From NCBI GenBank assembly GCA_040397825.1, contig JBBAVH010000025.1, positions 6,633-70,632 on the forward strand: a DNA stretch of 64,000 nucleotides. The letters are read 5' to 3'. Below are positions 25,100-33,515 of the stretch, piece by piece (the first letter of the stretch is position 1; the number at the start of each line of letters is the position of its first letter). The stretch comes from Opitutaceae bacterium (GTDB taxonomy: Bacteria > Verrucomicrobiota > Verrucomicrobiia > Opitutales > Opitutaceae). A program made the position numbers and the translations under genes. The notes beneath the pieces were generated by a model. It worked only from the letters and a program-made list of their open reading frames with translations, ran no database searches and had not been told where the DNA came from.

Positions 25100-27499
25100 T
25101 CAGCGGTAAAGCAGCGCGGATTTCCGCCGCTGCTCGAAGTCGGCCAGGCCGGCGGTCCAACGCGCCTTGATGCGGTCGAGCGGCTCGCCGGCCTTGATCG
25201 CGGCGAGCGTGGCGTCGTCGCCGAGGAGCCGGCCCATGTCCTCGACGCGGAACTTGTCCGGGTAAAGCCAGTGGATGATCAGCGCCAGCTCGATGCCGAT
25301 GTCGACCACGGGGCACGCGTCGCGGTCGGTGAGGACGGCGCGCACGCCGCCGCATTCGCGGTCCTTGTGTTTCAGCGATGACTCCGGGCCGGGATAGAAA
25401 GGCATGGAGGGCGTGAACTTCACCGCCTCGAAGCGCACGCCGGGCAGGCGGCGGGCGTTGAGCTCCGCGGCGAGGCGCACGCCGTCGATGTACGGTGCAC
25501 CGACCTGCTCGAAGGGCTTGGCGGTGCCCCGGCCCATCGAGACCGACGTGCTCTCGAGCAGGCACAGTCCGGGATAGAGCGTCGCGGCTGTCAGGCTCCG
25601 CATGGAGGGTGAGGGGTTGATCCAGCCGAGGCCGGTCTCGTCGAGCCAGCGGTCGCGCGTCCAGTTCTCGCAGCGCACGACCTCGAGCTTCGCGCCGAAC
25701 TTCCGCTCCTGATTGAAGAAGACCGCCAGCTCACCGAGGGTCATCCCGTGGCGCACCGGCATCGCGTGGAAACCGATGAAGCTGGGCGCGCGCGTCATCA
25801 CCGGGCCCTCGAAACGCGCGGCGGTGATCGGGTTGACGCGGTCGAGCACGATCATCCGCTTGCCCGCCGCGGCCGCCGCCTCAAGCGCCGCGCCGAGGGT
25901 CGCTGAGTAGGTGTAGAAGCGGGCGCCGATGTCCTGGATGTCGAACACGAGGGCATCGAGATCGCGCAATTGCTGCGCCTTGGGCGCCCTGGCGCGGATG
26001 ACCGCGAGATCGTAGTCGGCGGAAGACATCCCGGGGGTACGCTTCGGGGAATCGCCGTAGAGGCTGTAGATCGGCAGCTTGGTCTTCTCGTCGATCGTGT
26101 CGCCCACGTGCGCGTCGGCGTTGCCGCGGATGCCGTGCTCCGGGCTGAAGAGCGCGACAAGCTTCACGTCCTTCGCGCCGTGCAGGAGGTCGATCGTGGC
26201 GCGGCCCTGGCGGTCGCGGCCGCTGTGATTCGTGATGAGGCCGACGCGCAGCCCGCGGAGGCGGGCGAAGTCCTCCCGCACCAGCACGTCGATGCCGTTG
26301 AGCACGGCGTCGCGGTCGCGGTCCATGGCCTCGGCGGCGAGCGTGGCGATCTCGCGGCGGATCGGCGTGGCGTCGCCCTTGCCGTCGGGGTGGACGCGGT
26401 TGCTCAGGAAGATCACGAAGGTCCGCGCGGCGGGATCGATCCACACGCTCGTGCCGGTCCAGCCGGTGTGGCCGAAGGTTCGTCCGGCGGGAAACCAGCG
26501 GCCGCGCGGACCGGAGTAGCTGGTGTCGATGTCCCAGCCGAGGCCGCGGCGGCTCGAACCGTCGTTCTGCACGCGCGTCATCTCGGCGACGCTGGCTGCG
26601 GACAGGATGCGGGTGCCGTCGAGTTCCCCGCCGTTGATTAGCATGCGGCAGAAGCGGGCGAGGTCGGCGGCGGTGAGGAATAGACCGGCGTGTCCCGCCA
26701 CGCCTCCCATCCGGCGGGAGGTCGGATCGTGCACGACGCCGTGGATCATGCGACCGTCGACGCGTTCCGTCGGGGCGATGCGCCCGAGCTTGGCCGCGGG
26801 CGGCAGGAAGCCGGTGTCGGCCAGGCGCAACGGGCTGAAGATCTCCTCGCGGGCGTAGACGTCGAGCGGGCGGCCGGAGGCGATCCGCACGAGCTCCCCG
26901 AGGAGGATGAAGTTGATGTCGCTGTAGACGAAGGCGGCGTCGGGCGCGTTCTGCGGCTTCTCGGCACAGGCGCGCTCGATCGCGGCGGCGGTGCCCGACC
27001 ACGGCGGGTTCGCGGGGATGCCGGGCCGGAGGCCCGACATGTGCGTCATCAGGTGGCGGACCGTGATGCGTTCCTTGCCGTGCTGGGCAAACGCGGGCAG
27101 GTAGCGCGCGACTGGGGCGTCGAGTGCAAGTTGGCCGCGCTCAACCAGCCGCATGACCGCGCTGGTGGTGGCGACGACCTTGGTCAGGGACGCGGCATCG
27201 TAGATCGTGTCCTCGGTCGCTGCCTCGGGCGCGGGTTCGAGGGTGCGGTTCCCATAGACGCGCCGGTGGGTCTCGCCCGCGCGCTCGATCCAGAGCACGC
27301 CGCCCGGAATCTTGCGGTCGGCGATGGCTTGGGCGACCGCCGTGTCGATCGCGGCCAGCTTCGCCGTGTCGAAGGCGCCGGCGCGGGCCGGTGTGGGCGG
27401 TGGATTCGCCGCGGACGCGCCGTAGGAGAGGGTGAAAAAGACGAGCGCGGCGAGGGCGTTGCGGAGGAGGCGGGCCGGCGGAGTGGGGGACGGGCGCAT
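25100..27499 (-). CDS. Fusion of a beta-lactamase-like serine hydrolase and exo-beta-N-acetylmuramidase NamZ (DUF1343)
   Basis: Start reset to MRPSPTPP. N-half has SxxK (ASLTK), YSDINF, HLMTHMSG and GHTGWTG. C-half has GLITNHSG, LFSPEHG, FDIQDIGARFYTY, VLDRVNP and HGMTLGELA. Confidence 0.92.
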   Translation of the reverse strand: MRPSPTPPARLLRNALAALVFFTLSYGASAANPPPTPARAGAFDTAKLAAIDTAVAQAIADRKIPGGVLWIERAGETHRRVYGNRTLEPAPEAATEDTIYDAASLTKVVATTSAVMRLVERGQLALDAPVARYLPAFAQHGKERITVRHLMTHMSGLRPGIPANPPWSGTAAAIERACAEKPQNAPDAAFVYSDINFILLGELVRIASGRPLDVYAREEIFSPLRLADTGFLPPAAKLGRIAPTERVDGRMIHGVVHDPTSRRMGGVAGHAGLFLTAADLARFCRMLINGGELDGTRILSAASVAEMTRVQNDGSSRRGLGWDIDTSYSGPRGRWFPAGRTFGHTGWTGTSVWIDPAARTFVIFLSNRVHPDGKGDATPIRREIATLAAEAMDRDRDAVLNGIDVLVREDFARLRGLRVGLITNHSGRDRQGRATIDLLHGAKDVKLVALFSPEHGIRGNADAHVGDTIDEKTKLPIYSLYGDSPKRTPGMSSADYDLAVIRARAPKAQQLRDLDALVFDIQDIGARFYTYSATLGAALEAAAAAGKRMIVLDRVNPITAARFEGPVMTRAPSFIGFHAMPVRHGMTLGELAVFFNQERKFGAKLEVVRCENWTRDRWLDETGLGWINPSPSMRSLTAATLYPGLCLLESTSVSMGRGTAKPFEQVGAPYIDGVRLAAELNARRLPGVRFEAVKFTPSMPFYPGPESSLKHKDRECGGVRAVLTDRDACPVVDIGIELALIIHWLYPDKFRVEDMGRLLGDDATLAAIKAGEPLDRIKARWTAGLADFEQRRKSALLYR

Positions 27500-27567
27500 G
27501 TCCGGAAGAAACGAAACGTGGCCGGGAGAGTCGAGGCCGGCGACGGCCGGGGAGGTGGGGACTGGAG

Positions 27568-28968
27568 TCAGGGCGTGCCGGAAGCGGAAGGCCGCGTTTC
27601 GCCGTCGGCGGAGCATGCGGCCAGCAGCTGGCCATGTACCTCGGTCGCCGGCAGGTCTCCGCCCGCGCCGGTGCCGATCAGCACGGGCCAGTCGGCGGGA
27701 TCGCGGGGACACGCGCCGTGCGAGCCCTTCACCAGGGATGCATCGAGCGGAATGACGTCCATGAGCGCACGGAAACCGAGCCGGCGGCGCAGGAGTGTCG
27801 AGACGATGCGCAGGCGTGGAAAGGCGATCGCGGGATCGAGGAACAGCTCGACGGGATCGTAGCCGTACTTGCGGTGGATATCGACGCAGCGCGCGAAGTC
27901 CGGCGCCCGGCCGTCGTCATCCCAATAGTAGTAGTTGAACCACGCGTCCTCGGCCGAGAACGCCACGAGGTCGCCCGAGCGCGGGTGGTCGAGCCCGGCG
28001 GCGCGTTTGCCCGCGGCCTCCAGCACCAGCTCGACACCGTCCGTCGCCTCGACGGCGGCGCGCACTTCGCCGAGCAGGGCGGGATCATGGACGTAGATGT
28101 GGGCCACCTGGTGGTCGGCGATCGCGAAGGCCCGGCTGGCGCCGCAGTCGAGCAGCTCGCGGCCGAGTTCCTCCTTCAAGGTGAGCCAGCCGCGCGCGCG
28201 GAACACCCGGTTGAGCGCGATGGAACGCCGCACCGGCGTGATGCCATACTCGGAAAGGACCACCACGCGCACACCGCGGCGCGCGTAGAAATCCATCAGG
28301 CCACCGGTCACGCGGTCGATCGCGCGGAGGTCCTCTGCCACCCGCGGGTCGTCCGGACCGAGGCGCTGCAGGTTGTAGTCGAGGTGCGGCAGGTAGACCA
28401 GCGAGAGGTCGGGCCGGTGCCTTTCCTCGAGCCATTCCGCGGAGCGCGCGATCCACTCCGACGACGCGATGCCCGCCGCCGGACCCCAGAAGGCGGGAAA
28501 CGGGAAGTCACCGAGGTCGCGCTTGAGATCGTCCCGGAGCGCGAGCGGGTGGGCCGTGATGTCGAAGACCTTGCGCCCGTCGGCCGGGTACATCGGCCGC
28601 GGGGTGACCGACCAGTCGGCGGTCGAGTACATGTTGTACCACCAGAAGAGCTTCGCGCAGGTGAAGCCGGGCCGCGCCGCGCGCAGCGTCTCCCAGAGGC
28701 GCGGTCCACCGATCAGGCGGTTGGACTGCTTCCAGAAATGATGTTCGGCGAGGTCGCGATCGTACCAGCCGTTGGCGACCGCGCCGTGCCCGGCGGGCGG
28801 GAGGCCCGTGAGGTAGGTGCACTGCGCGGTGCACGTCACCGCCGGGAGAACCGGGCGGATGCGCCTCAGGCCGCCGGCCGCGGCCGCGGCGGACAAGCGC
28901 GGCGTATCCGCGCCCAGGTGACGGGACGAGAGGCCGACGACGTTGAGGATCGCCGTGCGCTCAGCCAT
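27568..28968 (-). CDS. eboF: EboF-like alkaline phosphatase / nucleotide pyrophosphatase family protein
   Basis: LNVVGLS, PAVTCTAQ..YLTG, HGAVANGWY, FWKQSN, YLPHLDY.LQR.GP and HRKYGYDPVELF motifs. Overlaps eboD by 8 nt. Confidence 0.88.
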   Translation of the reverse strand: MAERTAILNVVGLSSRHLGADTPRLSAAAAAGGLRRIRPVLPAVTCTAQCTYLTGLPPAGHGAVANGWYDRDLAEHHFWKQSNRLIGGPRLWETLRAARPGFTCAKLFWWYNMYSTADWSVTPRPMYPADGRKVFDITAHPLALRDDLKRDLGDFPFPAFWGPAAGIASSEWIARSAEWLEERHRPDLSLVYLPHLDYNLQRLGPDDPRVAEDLRAIDRVTGGLMDFYARRGVRVVVLSEYGITPVRRSIALNRVFRARGWLTLKEELGRELLDCGASRAFAIADHQVAHIYVHDPALLGEVRAAVEATDGVELVLEAAGKRAAGLDHPRSGDLVAFSAEDAWFNYYYWDDDGRAPDFARCVDIHRKYGYDPVELFLDPAIAFPRLRIVSTLLRRRLGFRALMDVIPLDASLVKGSHGACPRDPADWPVLIGTGAGGDLPATEVHGQLLAACSADGETRPSASGTP

Positions 28969-30133
28969 AACGCTCGCGCAATTCCTCGAAAGACGCCTTC
29001 ACCACGGCTCCGTCCATTTCGTGCACCTCGAGCCGGTCGCCGGGCGCGCGGATCATCGGGATGGTGAGGCGGCCGCCGAGGTGCTCGCGGAACTCCTCCA
29101 GCCCGTCGAGCATGTCCTGCCGCCCGCTCGAGGAGCGGATCTCGCGCACGGGCGCGAACAGCTCGAAGCCGAGGGTACGGATGACGCCGAGGATGCGTTC
29201 GGCGACGGGCTCCGCGAGCAGGCCCGTGCGGCGCGCGTAGATCAGGTCGATCGCCATGCCGACGGCGACGGCCTCGCCGTGACTCACGCGGAACTCCGAA
29301 AGCTGCTCGAGCTTGTGCGCGGCCCAATGCCCGAAATCGAGGGGTCGCGCCGAGCCCCGCTCGAACGGATCGCCGCCTTCGGCGATGTGCCTCATGTGCT
29401 GACTCGCGCTCTCGCGGATGACGGTCTCGTAGGGCGCGGGCTCGAAGCGGGCGAGCGCCGCGGCGTGCGTGGCGATGAACTCGAAGAAGGCCGCGTCCCG
29501 CACCAGCGCGACCTTGAGCGCCTCGATGAGCCCGGCCCGACGTTCGCGCGGCGGCAGGCCGTCGAGGAAGGCGAGGTCGTTCACGACCGCGTGCGGCACC
29601 ACGAAGGAACCGAGCCAGTTCTTCTTGCCGAAGTGGTTGACGCCGTTCTTCACGCCAAGCCCGCCGTCGGCCTGGCTGAGGCTGGTCGTCGGCAGGCGCA
29701 CGAGCGGGATCCCGCGGTGCGCCGTAGCGGCGCCGAAGCCGACGAGGTCGAGGACGGCGCCGCCTCCGATCGCGATCACGAACGAGTGCCGGCAGAGCTT
29801 CGCCGCGTTGATCTCGGCCCAGACGCGCTGCAGCTGGCTGAAGTCGTTCTTCACCGGCTCGCCGCCCGGCAGCGAGACCGGCGCCCCCTCGAGCGCCATG
29901 CGGTCCGCCCTCGCCGCGAACCACGCCCGCATGCCTTCCGCGAAGCCCGGGAAGGAGCGTTCCAGGCCGGCATCCCAGAACACCAGCGCCCGCGCCCGGC
30001 CGCCGGGTTCCCGTGGCGCGAGAAGCCGCGCAAGGGTCTCGTTGGCCGGGGCGAACACGTTCCGCGTGAACACCACCTGGTGCTCATGGCGAAGCGTGAT
30101 CGGATAGGAAAGCGTGTCGGGGTCGGCGGCCAT
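28961..30133 (-). CDS. eboD: EboD-like 3-dehydroquinate synthase family sugar-phosphate cyclase
   Basis: GGGAVLD, PTTSLSQADGGLGVKNGVN, GDPFERGSARPLDFGHWAAHKLE and HGEAVA motifs. Start reset to MAADPD (30133). Confidence 0.9.
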   Translation of the reverse strand: MAADPDTLSYPITLRHEHQVVFTRNVFAPANETLARLLAPREPGGRARALVFWDAGLERSFPGFAEGMRAWFAARADRMALEGAPVSLPGGEPVKNDFSQLQRVWAEINAAKLCRHSFVIAIGGGAVLDLVGFGAATAHRGIPLVRLPTTSLSQADGGLGVKNGVNHFGKKNWLGSFVVPHAVVNDLAFLDGLPPRERRAGLIEALKVALVRDAAFFEFIATHAAALARFEPAPYETVIRESASQHMRHIAEGGDPFERGSARPLDFGHWAAHKLEQLSEFRVSHGEAVAVGMAIDLIYARRTGLLAEPVAERILGVIRTLGFELFAPVREIRSSSGRQDMLDGLEEFREHLGGRLTIPMIRAPGDRLEVHEMDGAVVKASFEELRERYG

Positions 30134-30164
30134 CGCGGCCTGCCACACAAGCGCGCGGCCGGTC

Positions 30165-31037
30165 TTAATCAACCCGAAGCCGCCGCAACGCCTCGGCGGC
30201 GGCGCTCAGCGTGGGATCCAGGCCCACCGCCGCGGTGAACGCCTCGCGCGCCGCGGCGGTCTCCTTTCGGCGCTCATGCAATTGTCCGATCCGCCAGTGC
30301 GCGTAGGCGTGGCCGGGCACGTCCTTGCCCGGGGGCGGAGTGAGCCCGAGGCAGCGCCGCAGGCAGGCGAGGCCGCGCTCCATGGACTCGCCCGTCGTCG
30401 CGGCGAGCCGGCCCACGTGGTAAAGCGAGAGGTAGTCGTCGGGCGCGGTGCGCAGCACCTCCTCGAACTCGCCGAACGCCTCCGCGAACCTACCTTCGGC
30501 GACATGGAGCTTGGCGAACACGACCCGACCGCGCACCGGGTCTAGACGCCGGATCGCTTCGGCTTGCGCGAGGGCTTTGTCCCGCCCGCCACCGACCACG
30601 GCCGGCGCCTGCCGGTAGAACTCGAAGAGGCTTTCGCGGAACTCGGACTCGTCGGGTGCCAGCGCCACTGCCCGCTCGTAGGCCGCGAGGCATTTCCGCG
30701 CGTGCCCGAACTTCGACAGCACCCCGGCCGTCTGCGCGCTGCGCCCCTGGGCATGGCCGTAATAGTAATGATAGCGGGCTTCGCCGGGCGCGGCGACCAG
30801 CGCCGTCTCGAGGTGACGCAGTGCGGCCGCCGTATCGTCCCGAAGGTACGCAAGCATCCCGAGGTAGAAGTTGATTTCCGGATGCTTCGGGTCGGAAGCC
30901 GCCAGCCGCTCGAACGCCGCCTGCGCCTCCGCTGGCCGGCGCGCCTCATGCAGCGCGCGCGCGGCGGAGATCTCGTCGGGCGTCACCGCGCCTACGACGG
31001 CCGTGAGTGCGGCGATGAGGAGAAACACGCGAACCAT
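30165..31037 (-). CDS. Exported tetratricopeptide repeat protein
   Basis: Signal peptide plus several TPR units (YERAVALAPD, AYAHWRIGQLHE...AAVGLDP). TTGCAA 35 nt upstream. Confidence 0.88.
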   Translation of the reverse strand: MVRVFLLIAALTAVVGAVTPDEISAARALHEARRPAEAQAAFERLAASDPKHPEINFYLGMLAYLRDDTAAALRHLETALVAAPGEARYHYYYGHAQGRSAQTAGVLSKFGHARKCLAAYERAVALAPDESEFRESLFEFYRQAPAVVGGGRDKALAQAEAIRRLDPVRGRVVFAKLHVAEGRFAEAFGEFEEVLRTAPDDYLSLYHVGRLAATTGESMERGLACLRRCLGLTPPPGKDVPGHAYAHWRIGQLHERRKETAAAREAFTAAVGLDPTLSAAAEALRRLRVD

Positions 31038-31129
31038 GCCTGGCAGAAAGGCGCGATGGACTACTTTTGCAACGTGCCGCGCGGCGCGCTCGACGTTGCC
31101 GGCGGCGCTGCCACAGTCGACTCCGCCCC

Positions 31130-32422
31130 ATGAAGATCCGCCCCGGCACCCGCCGCTCGTTCCTCCGCTCCGGCCTCTCCGGCATCCTCGCCGCCGGCGT
31201 CGCGCCGCGCTTCATCGCCGCCCGCCTGCTCGGGTCCGACGCCCCGTCGGGTAAGGTCACGCTCGGCTGTATCGGCGTCGGCGCGCATGGGTTCGCCGTC
31301 AACCTGAAGCAGTTCCTGCAGGAGGACGATTGCCGGATCGTCGCGGTCTGCGACGTTCACGCCGGCCGTCGGCAGCGTGCGCGCGAAGCGGTCGATGAGA
31401 AATACGGCGGCAAGGGCTGCGCGGAGATACCGGATTTCCGGCAGGTGCTCGCGCGACCCGACATCGACGCCGTCGTGATCTCCACGCCGGACCACTGGCA
31501 CGTGACGATGGCGCTGATGGCGCTCGAGGCGGGCAAGCGCGTCTTCTGCGAGAAGCCCACCCTCACGATCGCGGAGGGCCGCGAACTCGCCCGGGCCGTC
31601 GCTGAAAAGCGGCTCCTGTTTGCCACCGGTCTCGAGGACCGCTCGGTCATCCAGTATTACAAGATGGCCGAGGTCGTGCGGAACGGAGGCATCGGCCGGC
31701 TGCGGCGCATCCAGGTCGGCCTGCCGGTGAAGCCCGTCTTCCCCCGCGAGGCGCCGGCGCCCGTGCCGGTCGGACTCGACTGGGACCTGTGGGTCGGCCC
31801 GGCGCCCTTCCGCCCGTACACGCCGTCGCTCACGGAGCCGCAGGTCTGGCGCCAGATCCGCGATTTCTCCGGCGGCTCGCTCACCGATTGGGGCGCGCAC
31901 CTCGTCGACACCGCGCAGGTTGCGAACTTCGCCGAGGACACCAGTCCCGTGGCCGTGCGCGGGTCCGGCGTGATCCCGCCCGACAGCGTCAACACCGTGC
32001 CGCAGACCTACGAGATCACCTACACCTACGCCAACGGCGTCGTGCTCGAGGTGAAGTCCGACCAGCCGTCCATCCGCCTCGAGGGCGAGGCCGGCTGGGT
32101 GGGCAACAAGGGCTGGCTCGGCCGCCTCGAGGCTCACGACCTCGACGTGTTCCGCCGGACCTACGATCCCGCCACCAGCAAGATCTGGCGGAAGCGCCCG
32201 CACGAGCACCGCGACTTCCTCGACTGCTTCCGCAACGGGCAGCAACCGATGTACACCGCGGAGGCGCTCCACCGGCTGAGCACGACCCTGCACCTTGGCG
32301 CCATCGCGATGGAACTCGGCCGGCCGCTGCGCTGGGACCCGGCGAAGGAGGAGTTCGACGACGCCGCGGCCAACGCGCTCCGCAGCCGGCTGCGCCGCGA
32401 TGACTGGCGACGCCGCGGCTGA
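31130..32422 (+). CDS. Gfo/Idh/MocA oxidoreductase with Tat signal
   Basis: TRRSFL Tat motif, CIGVGAHG, STPDHWH, FCEKP, DWGAHLVD. Confidence 0.93.
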   Translation: MKIRPGTRRSFLRSGLSGILAAGVAPRFIAARLLGSDAPSGKVTLGCIGVGAHGFAVNLKQFLQEDDCRIVAVCDVHAGRRQRAREAVDEKYGGKGCAEIPDFRQVLARPDIDAVVISTPDHWHVTMALMALEAGKRVFCEKPTLTIAEGRELARAVAEKRLLFATGLEDRSVIQYYKMAEVVRNGGIGRLRRIQVGLPVKPVFPREAPAPVPVGLDWDLWVGPAPFRPYTPSLTEPQVWRQIRDFSGGSLTDWGAHLVDTAQVANFAEDTSPVAVRGSGVIPPDSVNTVPQTYEITYTYANGVVLEVKSDQPSIRLEGEAGWVGNKGWLGRLEAHDLDVFRRTYDPATSKIWRKRPHEHRDFLDCFRNGQQPMYTAEALHRLSTTLHLGAIAMELGRPLRWDPAKEEFDDAAANALRSRLRRDDWRRRG

Positions 32423-32435
32423 TCGGAAAACGGGA

Positions 32436-32464
32436 TTGCCTCACCTTCGCGGGAGGGTCACGGT
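32436..32464 (+). promoter_or_regulatory. Sigma70-type promoter of tRNA-Val
   Basis: TTGCCT-N17-CACGGT ending 14 nt before the tRNA; CGGAAAA lies 5 nt upstream of the -35. Confidence 0.55.
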
Positions 32465-32478
32465 CCGCTCCCTTTTCC

Positions 32479-32555
32479 GGACGCTTAGCTCAGTTGGTTA
32501 GAGCACCTGCTTCACACGCAGGGGGTCCGCGGTTCGAGTCCGCGAGCGTCCACCA
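32479..32555 (+). tRNA. trnV: tRNA-Val(CAC)
   Basis: Acceptor stem GGACGCT/AGCGTCC, anticodon stem CCTGC/GCAGG with loop TT-CAC-AC, T-loop GGTTCGAGTCC and encoded CCA. 77 nt. Confidence 0.98.
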
Positions 32556-32556
32556 T

Positions 32557-32572
32557 CCCTCTGACGAGAGGG
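32557..32572 (+). terminator. Hairpin directly after the tRNA
   Basis: CCCTCT-GACG-AGAGGG perfect 6-bp stem; no clear U-tract. Confidence 0.45.
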
Positions 32573-32597
32573 TCCGGAACCGGCGAAAACGGGCAAG

Positions 32598-32617
32598 GTA
32601 CACACAAAAGTACACAC
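32598..32617. repeat. Direct repeat GTACACAC x2 with 12-bp period, integrase arm-site-like
   Basis: GTACACAC-AAAA-GTACACAC, an AT-rich patch about 43 nt past the tRNA CCA. Confidence 0.6.
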
Positions 32618-32649
32618 CGCCCGCGGGTTGGTTGCCCCGCTGAGGACCT

Positions 32650-33435
32650 CTACGTGACGCCGAGGATCCAACCTTCGATCCCGGCCACGGTCCGTTCGGC
32701 CGGGGTGAGCGGTGGATTGAGAAAGCGCGCCAGCGAGTCGTTGTCGTCCGCGCGGCGCAGCCACTCCGCCACCGCGAAGGCGGCCTGCTGGTCGCCGTTG
32801 CGATCGCCGGCGGGAAAGCGTTTCATCCAGAGAGACGGGTAGACTTCCGCCACAGCCGATTTCCCGGCCGGAATGTCCCAGCCGTCGAACGGCCAGAAGT
32901 GCAGTCGTTCGCCGCACGCCCGGCGCAGGTACCGCAGCCAGGGCAGGCCGGCGTGGGTGGAGGTCGCCACCTGGCCCTGCACGTCGAACTGGAAGACCGA
33001 CTTGGCGGAGGCGGTCCATTCCTCGGTCAACCGCAGCCATTTCGGGTCCCCGAGCCGCGCGTGACCGGCCCCCCGTAGCCCGTCGCGTACAAAGCACACG
33101 TAGGTATCGTCTTCGTCCGTGGGCCAATGGGCGTGGAAGTCTTCGAGGAACACGGGCCAGTCGGGCGGAAGGTGGTGCCGCTCGAAATAGCGCAGCGGAA
33201 AGGAAAAGCCGTGGTCGATGCCGATGAGCGTCGGCGGCCCGGAGTTGACCTCGTCGGCGAGCCAGTGGGCGAGCCCGCGTCGCGTCCAATGCCGGCGCGC
33301 GCTGGGTGGAGGCTTCACCTCGGCCGATCCGGCGCGGGATCCGTGGGAGGAGAAGACCCGCAGCCCGGGCAGGCTGGCGGTGGCAACCTGCGCGCCGGAG
33401 TAGTCGACGCCGATATGGCGGGCGAATCGGGGCAT
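32650..33435 (-). CDS. DUF429-like RNase H-fold protein (predicted nuclease)
   Basis: HIGVDYSGA, IGIDHGFSFP and AEVYPS motifs. Confidence 0.75.
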   Translation of the reverse strand: MPRFARHIGVDYSGAQVATASLPGLRVFSSHGSRAGSAEVKPPPSARRHWTRRGLAHWLADEVNSGPPTLIGIDHGFSFPLRYFERHHLPPDWPVFLEDFHAHWPTDEDDTYVCFVRDGLRGAGHARLGDPKWLRLTEEWTASAKSVFQFDVQGQVATSTHAGLPWLRYLRRACGERLHFWPFDGWDIPAGKSAVAEVYPSLWMKRFPAGDRNGDQQAAFAVAEWLRRADDNDSLARFLNPPLTPAERTVAGIEGWILGVT

Positions 33436-33515
33436 GGTTGATTAAGCGGCGTGAGCCGGGAGGACGGGGAGCGGGCGAGGAAGGAGCGGGAGGCGGTGCG
33501 GGCCTTGCGGGCGCG

